Shown: in pieces, positions 30,597 to 40,031 of the stretch | Numbering within the stretch: position 1 is the first letter of the stretch | Layout: each line of letters begins with the position of its first letter | From: Candidatus Nomurabacteria bacterium | GTDB lineage: Bacteria; Patescibacteriota; Minisyncoccia; Phycocordibacterales; CALRBL01 | Assembly: GCA_963834935.1 (NCBI GenBank) | Contig: CAWIDS010000003.1 | Coordinates: forward strand, 37,999-101,998 | DNA: 64,000 bases | Direction: 5' to 3' | Notes under the pieces: generated by a model | Seen by the model: the letters and a program-made list of their open reading frames with translations, nothing else | Told to the model about the DNA's origin: nothing | The model's database searches: none | Program-made: the position numbers and the translations under genes

Positions 30597-31115
30597 ATGA
30601 ACCTATTAGAGAAATTAGGATTCGGCAGTGCTGCTGAAGTGCAGCGACTGCTTTCAGCTCGTTCCAGTACCAAAGAGAGCGTCCCCGTTCCCCAACAGAC
30701 GAAACCTGCAGTGGCGGCAGATCCGCCGAAAAGGAAAGGAAGGCCGCCGAAGGCGCGCCATGCTGAAAACGGACATGTTGAACCGGCTGCTTCGGAGGAA
30801 ACGCCTCCAGTGAAAAAGACTGTTCGGTCGCGAACGCCGAGGCCTGACCGCCAACAGCTCGGTGAGCGTCTCGGCAGAGAGGCCAAGGTTAATGAAGGAG
30901 ACCGCATCCGCGTGATCGTGGCTGGCCGAGGGCATATTCCGATCAGTAAAATGGAAGACCGGAAAGCGATCGCTTACCTTTCCGAGGGAACCTACTTGCT
31001 GCTTGCAGCCAAAGACGGCTATGGCAATATCTGGTTGATCAGTGAGAAAAGCCCTGAACGAAACTCGGTCGGCAGAAATGCCGCCCGGCCATCGCAAGAT
31101 GGCTTTTTTATTTGA
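30597..31115 (+). CDS. Hypothetical protein with basic low-complexity linker
   Basis: TTGACA-N16-TAAAGT, GGAGG RBS; terminator 31088-31109 overlaps the 3' end, so the true stop may be earlier. Confidence 0.6.
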   Translation: MNLLEKLGFGSAAEVQRLLSARSSTKESVPVPQQTKPAVAADPPKRKGRPPKARHAENGHVEPAASEETPPVKKTVRSRTPRPDRQQLGERLGREAKVNEGDRIRVIVAGRGHIPISKMEDRKAIAYLSEGTYLLLAAKDGYGNIWLISEKSPERNSVGRNAARPSQDGFFI

Positions 31116-31146
31116 ATCATATATACTCGCTCGAAAGGAGCACATT

Positions 31147-31443
31147 ATGCCGACGACTGAAATAAAAAGAACCGTGGATTTCATCTGGGGAGACCAACGG
31201 CCTTCCCATTGCGGAAAGATTGGCTTTGCCATCGAATGCCAAGGCGGAGTACTGTATGCGTTTATCTTCTTCAACGGAGAAGAGCGCCACATCAGCAGCC
31301 ATTACGATGGCTCGAGCTGGCAAAAGGAAACCATCTCACGAGTTCTTGCGGGATACGAATCCCTCCAAACCGACTTTTCCAAAGAGAGGCGCAAGCTTCT
31401 CGAGGATCAGCTTGAACGAGCGAAAGAACACGCCCTCATCTGA
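31147..31443 (+). CDS. Hypothetical protein, 98 aa
   Basis: AAAGGAG RBS; CCCTCA-tc-TGAGGG plus T-run over the stop. Confidence 0.65.
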   Translation: MPTTEIKRTVDFIWGDQRPSHCGKIGFAIECQGGVLYAFIFFNGEERHISSHYDGSSWQKETISRVLAGYESLQTDFSKERRKLLEDQLERAKEHALI

Positions 31444-31450
31444 GGGTTTT

Positions 31451-33172
31451 TTATTTGTCCCCTTCGACCTCGGCCTTCACGAAAATCCGAACCAGCTGCA
31501 CTTCGCGGTAACTCACTGCAGGGCTCAGCTTGAATTTCTTCTTGTTCTTCTCAAGGTAATCCTTCGCAGGTGCCAAGCGCCAGTCCTTGTTTTTTTCATA
31601 CATCATGGCAAGCGCTTCAGAAATCGGATCAAAGCGCTTTTTAGGAATGGTTTTGCGGAGATATTCGACTTCTCGCAGGACCGCAGCATCTTCTTCGACC
31701 AATTTTTCAATATGATCGATGACTGTCTGCTCGGTGATTCCCCTCTTTTTTGCGATTTCCTCGATAAGCAATTCTTCCTTGATGAGCTCGTGGGTGACTT
31801 CGAATGTCGAAGGCTTCGCTGCTTTCTTCGGCTTTGATGAAGTGATCGAGGCAAGATAGCTTTCCTGCGCAGACTGAAGCTTTCCTTTCTTTGCGTATTC
31901 CTTGAGCTGCTTGACTGCCGTCTCTGATTGAACCTTCAGCTCTTCATCGTGCTCCAGCACCTCGTCATTGACCTCAAGAGCGCTTTCATTCATGCCAAGT
32001 ATGGTAAGGCCTGCAAGAGTGCGCACTCTGGAAAGCGCCACATAGCCCATTCCCTTCTCGAAGGATTTAGAAAGATCCACTTCTACCGCATCGAGCGACA
32101 TTCCCTGGCTTTTATGAACCGTGATTGCCCATGCCAGCCGGAGCGGATACTGCTGAAGCTCGGCTTTGGCTTTTCCCTCTTCCTCGATGGTCCAGCTTGC
32201 TATCGGAACTTCAATGAACTCGCCGGTGCGCAGTATTTCAACCACTGGCCCTCCGGCATTGCCTTCGAGCTTTCGCACGATTCCGAGGGTTCCGTTGGCG
32301 AAGCCTATCTCGAAATCATTCTTGACGAACATCACGCGCGCACCCGCTTTCAATCGGAGCCTCTCGGGAGCGAGGCAGCTTTTTTTCAGGATCGATACCA
32401 GCATGTCGGAGCCGGAGGTATGCATGTCATAATTCATCGACTGGCCGTCGAGCACGTCGAGCTCATTCTCATTCACCTTGTCCACATCGATATTGTGGGT
32501 ATAAAGGCGCGTCGGCTGGATGCTCATTTCTTCTTCCTTCTTGTTGGCTTTGAAGCATTTCTTCAGATGATCCATCGTGGTTCCGCTTACCCTGTTTCCG
32601 CGGATGTCATTGAGGACGGTCAGCGCGTGGTCGTCCGTCTGTCGGTACTGCTCCTCCAGATAGCAGATCTTGAATCCGGCATTCTTCCATGATTCGGAAT
32701 GGTAGGCGAAATGCGCATCCTGCTCGCCCATCCGCGATACCGGCGGAAGCTGGAAGAAATCGCCGCAAAGGATCACCTGTATGCCGCCGAAAGGCTTGTC
32801 ATTCCTCTTGAAAGTGCGGACTATCTTCTCCACCAGATCAAGGCGGAAATGATGAAGCATGGATATCTCGTCGATGATGAGCACTTTCACGCGCTCCATG
32901 CGCTTCCAGAGATACGGCTTCTCGAGCATCGCCTCAAGGTCGTAGTCGCTGATGCTGTCACGCACGCCGAGGCCTGTCCAGGAATGGATAGTCACGCCTC
33001 CCATGTGCGTAGCAGCAATGCCCGTGGAGGCGGTAATTCCGACATCGACATCATGATGATTAAGGTAATCGATGTACTGATTCAAAAGATGAGTCTTACC
33101 CGAGCCTGCAGGCCCCGTAATATACGCATTGCAGCCGAGCTTGAGGATGTCGAGAGCTTCTTTTTGAGTCAT
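31451..33172 (-). CDS. PIF1/RecD-like SF1B helicase with C-terminal HTH
   Basis: GPAGSGKT, IIDEISM, GDFFQLPPV, LAWAITVHKSQG, YVALSR. Confidence 0.93.
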   Translation of the reverse strand: MTQKEALDILKLGCNAYITGPAGSGKTHLLNQYIDYLNHHDVDVGITASTGIAATHMGGVTIHSWTGLGVRDSISDYDLEAMLEKPYLWKRMERVKVLIIDEISMLHHFRLDLVEKIVRTFKRNDKPFGGIQVILCGDFFQLPPVSRMGEQDAHFAYHSESWKNAGFKICYLEEQYRQTDDHALTVLNDIRGNRVSGTTMDHLKKCFKANKKEEEMSIQPTRLYTHNIDVDKVNENELDVLDGQSMNYDMHTSGSDMLVSILKKSCLAPERLRLKAGARVMFVKNDFEIGFANGTLGIVRKLEGNAGGPVVEILRTGEFIEVPIASWTIEEEGKAKAELQQYPLRLAWAITVHKSQGMSLDAVEVDLSKSFEKGMGYVALSRVRTLAGLTILGMNESALEVNDEVLEHDEELKVQSETAVKQLKEYAKKGKLQSAQESYLASITSSKPKKAAKPSTFEVTHELIKEELLIEEIAKKRGITEQTVIDHIEKLVEEDAAVLREVEYLRKTIPKKRFDPISEALAMMYEKNKDWRLAPAKDYLEKNKKKFKLSPAVSYREVQLVRIFVKAEVEGDK

Positions 33173-33203
33173 GTGGATTGAAGTATATGGTATAATCGCC
33201 TGT

Positions 33204-33557
33204 ATGAAAAATGCCGAAGAAATGGCACAAGAGGAATCAGGAATCCTCAACCACGAGATCACTCCCAAAGACCGCTTGCAGAAGCAGATGGTCCTTGCTG
33301 AGGAGCTCTATATCAGAAATCACCCTGATCAGACGGTAGATGTCGGGAATCATGATATGAGAAATGCGATCATGAACGAGTGGTCAAACATCGACGGAGA
33401 CATGAGCAAAAGCTTCTCTGCCTATTTCAGGGAACTTGAAAATGCCTTAATGGCAAGCCCCGGACACGCTGAACGCGGAAAGACTATTCTCGATATCACG
33501 CTCGACGACCTTATCGCTTTCAAAGAGACAGGAACTCTCCCTCCCGAGTGGCTTTAG
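33204..33557 (+). CDS. Hypothetical protein
   Basis: TATAAT-N7-ATG; fills intergenic gap. Confidence 0.65.
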   Translation: MKNAEEMAQEESGILNHEITPKDRLQKQMVLAEELYIRNHPDQTVDVGNHDMRNAIMNEWSNIDGDMSKSFSAYFRELENALMASPGHAERGKTILDITLDDLIAFKETGTLPPEWL

Positions 33558-33563
33558 TTAAAA

Positions 33564-34667
33564 TCAGAAAGAACTGGTTACCGGGCTTCCCAAGCCCGTC
33601 ACATAATCATAATGCTTCCGAGCGGTGCAGAAATATCCGCAAGCGCCGTTCGAACCGCTGGTGATGTCCCGGAAATAATTCTGCGGATTGTCACTTGCCT
33701 TGTCTGCATAAAGAATTGAGTCCCTGATAGGACCCATTGAGGCGATCGCTGCCCATTGAGGAGCGCCGGCGCTCGTTCCTCCGACGACATACCATTTTCC
33801 TCGATATATCGGATAGCCGGAATGCGGATCGGCATCGTACGAGACATCAGGTATTGCCCGCATACCGCCTGATTTGCTGATATTGAAACTGTCTTGATAC
33901 GTTCCAGCTTTTTCGAACTGGCTTATGCCGCCTCCGCTGCCGGCCCATGCCGTTTCAGACAGAAGATTTCCGGATGAAGAAAGCGCAAGGCTCGTGCCGC
34001 CGACAGCAATGACATTCGGCGAGGCTGCAGGCCAGCTTGCTCCTGCTCCTTGGTCTCCGGATGAAGCGAAGAATGCTATCGGATGCGCAGGATCAGGAGA
34101 AACGAAATGACTATCAAGGGATGTCTCGTCAGAAAACTCAGGACCGCCCCAGCTCATCGAGACTGAGACGACATCTTTCCTCTGGCGGGCATAATCGACG
34201 GCCTTGAGAAGATTTGGGCCGCTTTGCGTATCAGCTTCAACGAGCAGAATGTGCGCCTGAGGCGCGATGGCGTGAGCCCATTCGACATCCAGGCTCGTTT
34301 CCATCGCCCATCCCGGATCGCTTCTTACTTTTGCCGACATCTTATGCTTCTCGAAGCATCCGTTCGCTGCCGTGCAATCCACCAATCCAAAGGCCTTGTC
34401 GAAAACTGCCAAGTCCTTCTCTATGCTCGGCGCATCATATGCCCCGATAAGAGCGATAGTCCCCTTTCCTCCGGCTTTCGGCAAGTTGTAAATCTGCTTT
34501 ATCTGGTCGGGGCTGAGCCCTTGCGGAAGGGCTGATGTCTTTCCCCAGATGTGGATAGGCGACCTCGCCTTGAAATTGGCAAATCGGTACGCGGCATAGG
34601 CAGGATAGAAATAAAACATCGAGTAGCAGAGCAGCGAGATGATAAGTAGCAATAAATATTTTCTCAT
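33564..34667 (-). CDS. S53 (sedolisin-like) serine peptidase, secreted
   Basis: ETSLD, SSGD, GGTSAGAP, YDYVTGLGSP. Confidence 0.92.
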   Translation of the reverse strand: MRKYLLLLIISLLCYSMFYFYPAYAAYRFANFKARSPIHIWGKTSALPQGLSPDQIKQIYNLPKAGGKGTIALIGAYDAPSIEKDLAVFDKAFGLVDCTAANGCFEKHKMSAKVRSDPGWAMETSLDVEWAHAIAPQAHILLVEADTQSGPNLLKAVDYARQRKDVVSVSMSWGGPEFSDETSLDSHFVSPDPAHPIAFFASSGDQGAGASWPAASPNVIAVGGTSLALSSSGNLLSETAWAGSGGGISQFEKAGTYQDSFNISKSGGMRAIPDVSYDADPHSGYPIYRGKWYVVGGTSAGAPQWAAIASMGPIRDSILYADKASDNPQNYFRDITSGSNGACGYFCTARKHYDYVTGLGSPVTSSF

Positions 34668-34773
34668 GCATGCATTGTGGCAAATTCCATTCAAGTGGTA
34701 GAAAAAATTTCCTCAATTATTTATCAAATAAAAAAGCTGCCGATTAAGGCAGCGTACAGCGCAAACTGGAATA

Positions 34774-35214
34774 TTACTCTTCTTGAACCGCGGCCGCGAT
34801 TTCAGCTGCGGCCTCCGAATCCGTCTCGGCTTGTCCCAGATTCGCGCTTGCAGTTGCAACGAGGAAATGGCGGATGATAAAGCGAGTCTCCCACAGGAAA
34901 TCCTGGTAAAGCGTCAGGCCGTTGCACGGGCAGCCGACTACAGCCGCGCTTCCGTCGATGTAGCCGAAAAAAACTTGGCTATCGTTTCCGATATACTTCC
35001 TCGGATTTTCCTGTTGCTTTGCAAGCAGACTGCGAAGCTCTCCCTCCTCCATATACTCGCCGTTAAGGTCGAAATGTACCCGGCCGCAAAGGTCGCAACC
35101 CCTTACCGGACCGCCGCCATCACAGACGGCATTTATGATTTCTTCATCAGGAGGGTTTGGGGAGAATATCGGAAGACTCCCTTTTTCAAAGGTCGGAAAC
35201 AATTTGTATCTCAT
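34774..35214 (-). CDS. Hypothetical Cys-rich protein
   Basis: CDLCGRVH and GCPC motifs; terminator AAAAAAGCTGCC...GGCAGC downstream. Confidence 0.65.
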   Translation of the reverse strand: MRYKLFPTFEKGSLPIFSPNPPDEEIINAVCDGGGPVRGCDLCGRVHFDLNGEYMEEGELRSLLAKQQENPRKYIGNDSQVFFGYIDGSAAVVGCPCNGLTLYQDFLWETRFIIRHFLVATASANLGQAETDSEAAAEIAAAVQEE

Positions 35215-35263
35215 ATTTAAGGTCCTATTTGCCCTAGACTATCGCATCTGCGATATTTATCAA

Positions 35264-36400
35264 CTATCCGAAAGTAAAGGTGAAAGCGTTGAGGCCGGCC
35301 GAAGGAATATCGAGCTCAAGCGTGTGAGTGCCTTCGGCGGAATCCTGGATGAGCGGATAGAGTCCAGAATTCTGTATGGTCACTTGGCCGGCAGGCACGC
35401 CATCCTTGATGATATTGACAGTGACTGGCTGATCAGATGAAGCGACGATATACACGTCTTTCGCATCATATTTGTAGACGATCTTGGCCGCTGATTTGGT
35501 AGTAGCGTATTCGCCTTGGAAATCCCATGTGCCGTCAAGATAGAACTTATTCATATCCATCGACTGAGGGAGCGTAAGCGTCTGAGTTCCTGTTTGCTGG
35601 GCATTGCCGTTGCCGAAATATTCGTTGCGTGCCGAACCGAAGTAGGTTTCAGGACTCTGAGTATCAATCGTATATGACTTAGAGACAAGGTTAGTTGGAA
35701 TGGTGTCATGTAAACCTAATCTCTGCTGCCTTTCCTGAAGGGCAGCCTGGATCTTTCGCTCGGTGACATCGTAATTGCCTTCACCGATCGAATTATCCAC
35801 GATGAAGCCGTCGATGTCGATGAGGTATTCCGAAGGCCAGAAGCGGTTCTGATAAGCATTCCAAGTGCCGAGGTCATTGTCCATCACCACCGGATAAGTG
35901 ATTCCGTACTGTGCCACTGCCCTTTTAACATTATCGATATTCTTTTCAAACTCGAATTCAGGAGAATGGACGCCGATGATTACGAGGCCGAGGTCCTTGT
36001 ATTTCTGGTACCATGAAGTGACGTATGGAAGAGTGCGCTGGCAATTAATGCAGCTGTAAGTCCAGAAATCCACAAGAATGACTTTCTTGCCGATGAGGCT
36101 CTTGATCGTAAAAGGATCAGTGTTTATGAAAGCAGAAGGATCAGTCAATTCCCGGGCGCGGTCATATTTCTGTGATTTTTCCTGAATGATAGTGGCAAGC
36201 GCCTGCTGACTTGTATTCGCAGCGGCTGACGTGGTCGCGGTACTTGTAGCTGAACCGAGACCGTTCACGTCAACCGGAATGATCGAATTCGAAAGATCTA
36301 CGGGAGCAGTCTGGACCTTTTTCGATTCAAGAAAAGCGATCAGGCCAACTATGACAATGACTGCAACGACAAGAGGGATGTGTTTTTTAAATTTATTCAT
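35264..36400 (-). CDS. Thioredoxin-like protein (DipZ C-terminal type)
   Basis: DFWTYSCINC, GVHSPEF, SPETY, FTFG end. Confidence 0.92.
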   Translation of the reverse strand: MNKFKKHIPLVVAVIVIVGLIAFLESKKVQTAPVDLSNSIIPVDVNGLGSATSTATTSAAANTSQQALATIIQEKSQKYDRARELTDPSAFINTDPFTIKSLIGKKVILVDFWTYSCINCQRTLPYVTSWYQKYKDLGLVIIGVHSPEFEFEKNIDNVKRAVAQYGITYPVVMDNDLGTWNAYQNRFWPSEYLIDIDGFIVDNSIGEGNYDVTERKIQAALQERQQRLGLHDTIPTNLVSKSYTIDTQSPETYFGSARNEYFGNGNAQQTGTQTLTLPQSMDMNKFYLDGTWDFQGEYATTKSAAKIVYKYDAKDVYIVASSDQPVTVNIIKDGVPAGQVTIQNSGLYPLIQDSAEGTHTLELDIPSAGLNAFTFTFG

Positions 36401-36401
36401 A

Positions 36402-37103
36402 TCATTTGTACAGGCTGGTAATCGATTGGAAATCACCAAGCAGCCTGATGTTGTCAGTGAACACCAAGATGCCGAGCAGGATCAGGAGATAGCCGAAAAT
36501 GCGATTGATGATGACGCTTGCCTTGCCGAAACGGTTGATGAAAGCGGTCGCTTCGGCGGTAAAAATGCCGACAAAGAGGAAAGGCACGCCAAGGCCGAGC
36601 GAATAAGCGAGCAGCAGGAAGAAAGCGGAAACAGGAGCTGAAGTAGCCAAAGCTAAGATACTTCCGAGAACCGCTCCGGCGCATGGCGTCCAACCCACCG
36701 CAAAAGCGATGCCGAAGACGAATGAGGTCAGATAACGCGAATTGAATTTCTTAGCTTTGACATTGTAGGTCTTTTCCATGAAGCCGATATGAAGGAAGCC
36801 TGCAAGGTAAAGCCCGAAGACGATGATGATGATGCCGCCGATGCGGGAGAGCCATGTCTGGACATCAGAGCCGACTGCCCGCAGGACAGTCTGAAGGAGG
36901 ACGCCGAGCAAGGCGAAGATGACCGAGAAACCAAGAACGAAAAAGACGCTGTTAATGAAGACTTCCCGCCTGTTTGCTCCTTTTTCACCTGTAGTAGCAC
37001 CGCCGAGATAGGCTAAAAAGCCTGGGATGATAGGAAGGACGCATGGAGCTAAAAAACTAATAATGCCGGAAAAAAATGCCGTTCCTAAATATATTACGTT
37101 CAT
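36402..37103 (-). CDS. ccdA: Cytochrome c biogenesis CcdA/DsbD-family membrane protein
   Basis: SFLAPCVLP, GWTPC. Confidence 0.92.
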   Translation of the reverse strand: MNVIYLGTAFFSGIISFLAPCVLPIIPGFLAYLGGATTGEKGANRREVFINSVFFVLGFSVIFALLGVLLQTVLRAVGSDVQTWLSRIGGIIIIVFGLYLAGFLHIGFMEKTYNVKAKKFNSRYLTSFVFGIAFAVGWTPCAGAVLGSILALATSAPVSAFFLLLAYSLGLGVPFLFVGIFTAEATAFINRFGKASVIINRIFGYLLILLGILVFTDNIRLLGDFQSITSLYK

Positions 37104-37120
37104 AATGTTACAATTCTAAC

Positions 37121-38368
37121 ATGGATACCACAGAAATCTACAATACATATCTGGAATGTGAAGGAGTGTGTACTGACACTCGATCGATCAAGCCCGATTG
37201 CCTTTTTGTTGCCCTCAAAGGCGACCATTTCGACGGCAATGATTTTGCGCTTGAAGCGCTCGAAAAAGGAGCCAAATACGCCCTCGTCGATGATGCAAGA
37301 TTCGGTGGGAAGAAAAACAACAGGATCATCAAGGTGAAAGATTGCCTCGCCTCCCTTCAGGCACTTGCTCATCAGCACCGGAAGCAATTCGACATCCTGA
37401 TAATCGGAATCACTGGCAGTAATGGAAAGACTACCACCAAAGAACTGGTCTCGACCGTACTCAATGAAAAATACCGAGTCATAACGACTGAAGGAAACCT
37501 GAATAATCACATCGGGGTGCCGTTGACCCTGCTTCGCCTCACCAAGAATACGGAAATTGCCGTCATTGAGATGGGCGCGAATCATCTGAACGACATCAAG
37601 GATCTTTGTGAGATTGCCGAGCCGACGCATGGGATAATTACCAACATAGGAATGGCTCATCTTGAAGGTTTCGGTAGCAAGGAAGGCGTCGCGTTCGCCA
37701 AGAGCCAGCTGTATATCTGGGTGCGCGATCATGGCGGAACCATTTTCGTCAATGAGAAGGACAGGGATTTGAAGGAGCTGGCGCTAAAAGTGAATTATGA
37801 GAAATCAGTAAATATAGTCTGGTACGGGAATGAGGAAATTCCCGAGAACGACAGGCTTTTCGGCGAATTCAACAGAGAAAATGTCAGGGCTGCTTATGGA
37901 ATCGGCCTTTTCTTCAAGGTGCCCGTGCGGCAGATCAATCATACCCTCAAGACCTACGTGCCTAAAGACATGCGCGGCGAGAGAAAGGAAACCAAAAGAG
38001 GAAATGAGCTCATCCTTGATGCTTACAATGCCAATCCTTCGAGCATGAAGGCGGCAATCGAGGCCTTCAGTGAGATACGTACAGACAAGATGCGATACCT
38101 CATCCTTGGCGACATGAAAGAGCTCGGCCTTGAATCGGAAAAAGAGCACAAGAAGATCGTTGACCTGATCCGACTGCGGCGCTTCACGCATGTCATCCTT
38201 GTCGGCGAGGAATTCTCAAAGGCTGCCGCCAAAGAAAAAATATTCGTCCCATTCAAGACAACAGCTGAGTGCACTTCTTCATTCTTCATATCCAACATCA
38301 AACGTTCGCTGGTGCTGATCAAGGCAAGCAATAGCATGAAGCTATGGGAGCTTGCGGACAATCTTTGA
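37121..38368 (+). CDS. murF: UDP-N-acetylmuramoyl-tripeptide--D-Ala-D-Ala ligase
   Basis: GITGSNGKTTTKE, GNLNNHIGVP, EMGANH, DAYNANP, GDMKELG. Confidence 0.96.
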   Translation: MDTTEIYNTYLECEGVCTDTRSIKPDCLFVALKGDHFDGNDFALEALEKGAKYALVDDARFGGKKNNRIIKVKDCLASLQALAHQHRKQFDILIIGITGSNGKTTTKELVSTVLNEKYRVITTEGNLNNHIGVPLTLLRLTKNTEIAVIEMGANHLNDIKDLCEIAEPTHGIITNIGMAHLEGFGSKEGVAFAKSQLYIWVRDHGGTIFVNEKDRDLKELALKVNYEKSVNIVWYGNEEIPENDRLFGEFNRENVRAAYGIGLFFKVPVRQINHTLKTYVPKDMRGERKETKRGNELILDAYNANPSSMKAAIEAFSEIRTDKMRYLILGDMKELGLESEKEHKKIVDLIRLRRFTHVILVGEEFSKAAAKEKIFVPFKTTAECTSSFFISNIKRSLVLIKASNSMKLWELADNL

Positions 38369-38398
38369 GATTGAAGCATTAAATGCTATTATTTTCTG

Positions 38399-38737
38399 AT
38401 GAACATACTTTCAAAAGCGAAACCATGGGGAAATTCGCTGACGCTGACGCAGAATGAGAATTCGACCGTCAAGCTCCTGACTGTGAAAAAAGGTGAGGCA
38501 CTGAGCCTGCAGTATCATCAGAATCGGGAAGAATTCTGGAAAATATTAAAAGGAAATCCGGAGCTTGTCATCGGGGAAAAAACTATCGAAGCTCATCCTG
38601 ATGAAGAATACTCCGTTTTGCGAACTATCAAGCATCGCATCTCAGCGCCAACCGATGATGTCCTCATCCTAGAGATATCAAAAGGAACTTTTGACGAGAA
38701 TGATATAGTGCGCCTTAAAGATAAATATGGAAGATAA
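38399..38737 (+). CDS. Mannose-6-phosphate isomerase type II C-terminal cupin
   Basis: KPWG, LSLQYHQNREEFW, DIVRLKDKYGR. Confidence 0.9.
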   Translation: MNILSKAKPWGNSLTLTQNENSTVKLLTVKKGEALSLQYHQNREEFWKILKGNPELVIGEKTIEAHPDEEYSVLRTIKHRISAPTDDVLILEISKGTFDENDIVRLKDKYGR

Positions 38738-38767
38738 AAGCCAGCGGAGCAATTTTAATGCTTCTGT

Positions 38768-39334
38768 CTAATACTTTCGAATGACGCCTTTCACGATAGC
38801 AGCAATAGTGAGATCATTCTCCGGAAAGATCGGCTTGTATTTCTTGTTAGCAGGTTCAAGGTAAACTTTACCACCTTTCTTGCGTAGATATTTCATCGTC
38901 CAATCACCATCTACTTGGGCGATGACGATGTCGCCATCCTTCGGCTCGTTCTTGCGCTCAACGATAACGAGATCGCCTTCTTGGATGGCGGCATCGATCA
39001 TTGAATCGCCTTTCACTTCGAGAATGTAGGTCTTGTCCTTGTCGCCGACAAGATAGTCGTCGAGGCTTAACATGTCGAGCACTTGGGAATCGGCAACCGA
39101 AGGGATTCCGGCTTCAACCAACCCAAGAAGAGGCAATTCGTTCATCAATGATGTCGGCGTCAGCCGGCCGTTGTCATCCTTGGTGACTATTCCCTCCTCA
39201 ACCAACTTATTGATCAGCTTGTAGACGGCATTCTTGGATTTGAAGCCGACCAGATCCATGATCTCCTTATACCCAGGCATGCGACGATGCCGCTTGTAGA
39301 AGGAAGTTATTTTATTCTTGTATTGCTCGTACAT
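38768..39334 (-). CDS. lexA: Transcriptional repressor LexA
   Basis: wHTH MPGYKEI, cleavage site VEAG, GDSM (Ser), TMK (Lys). Confidence 0.93.
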   Translation of the reverse strand: MYEQYKNKITSFYKRHRRMPGYKEIMDLVGFKSKNAVYKLINKLVEEGIVTKDDNGRLTPTSLMNELPLLGLVEAGIPSVADSQVLDMLSLDDYLVGDKDKTYILEVKGDSMIDAAIQEGDLVIVERKNEPKDGDIVIAQVDGDWTMKYLRKKGGKVYLEPANKKYKPIFPENDLTIAAIVKGVIRKY

Positions 39335-39355
39335 ATTGATGCTTTTGTTCCTGTA

Positions 39356-39562
39356 TTATAGGACGAAAGCGCTTAAAAAACTAAGAGATTCGGAAAGCCA
39401 TGATGAAGTGTAGCCTTGTAGGTCGCGAAGCTGCCTCGAAAGGAACTTGTGTCGGCGCGCTTCATTCTTGTATGGAAGGCCCTTGATGATCTTGATATCG
39501 ATCTCTGCGTTCAGCTTCGACAATTCCCTTTCTATTTTCCTACTTAATGCGTGATTGCTCAT
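39356..39562 (-). CDS. Small hypothetical protein cotranscribed with lexA
   Basis: ORF between the promoter and lexA. Confidence 0.7.
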   Translation of the reverse strand: MSNHALSRKIERELSKLNAEIDIKIIKGLPYKNEARRHKFLSRQLRDLQGYTSSWLSESLSFLSAFVL

Positions 39563-39599
39563 GTTTTTGTTGGTTATTTGATAATTTTCTTATATTTAT

Positions 39600-39628
39600 A
39601 GTATAGGTGAACTTAAGTTCACCGTCAA
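39600..39628 (-). promoter_or_regulatory. Sigma70 promoter with LexA operator in the spacer
   Basis: TTGACG-N17-TATACT; perfect palindrome GGTGAAC-TTAA-GTTCACC at 39606-39623. Confidence 0.85.
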
Positions 39629-39637
39629 GCAGATAGT

Positions 39638-39646
39638 TGTGGATAA
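39638..39646 (-). promoter_or_regulatory. DnaA box
   Basis: TGTGGATAA = reverse complement of consensus TTATCCACA. Confidence 0.55.
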
Positions 39647-39797
39647 CTGAAAAAATAGACAATATCGCGAGGAGAAAGGCATAATGATTTTTAAAAAACC
39701 ATCAAGGCTATATCAACCACCCTCAGCCTGCGCTAAGCAGGTTTTTTATTTGCTTGAAATATGCTAAATTGGGAACCTCAAGGGACCGCCCTTACAT

Positions 39798-39871
39798 TGC
39801 GAGATCGTCTAATGGTAGGACATCAGGTTTTGGTCCTGAGTATCTAGGTTCGAGTCCTAGTCTCGCAGCCA
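39798..39871 (+). tRNA. tRNA-Gln(UUG)
   Basis: Acceptor TGCGAGA/TCTCGCA, anticodon arm TCAGG-TTTTGGT-CCTGA, T-arm CTAGG-TTCGAGT-CCTAG, encoded CCA. Confidence 0.96.
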
Positions 39872-39931
39872 GCGTATTACACGCCGAGTGACCGACTCGC
39901 GTTATATTTTTCAACCTAAAAAAGTCACTCC

Positions 39932-39944
39932 GTTCGAGTCCTAG
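39932..39944 (+). repeat. 13-bp direct repeat of the tRNA T-arm (att-like)
   Basis: GTTCGAGTCCTAG identical to 39848-39860; inverted copy GACTCGAAC at 39962-39970. Confidence 0.6.
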
Positions 39945-40031
39945 ATACATGACAGGAAAGAGACTCGAACAGCACTAGGGATGGTGGTTAAGTTTAAATG
40001 ATACAATTAGGTTTATAATATTTTAAAAACT

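Noticed and set aside
39690-39750. Short sRNA between the lexA promoter and tRNA-Gln
   Set aside because: Only a weak promoter and one terminator hairpin; too little support
39630-39790. Replication origin
   Set aside because: Only one clear DnaA box and no dnaA/dnaN nearby
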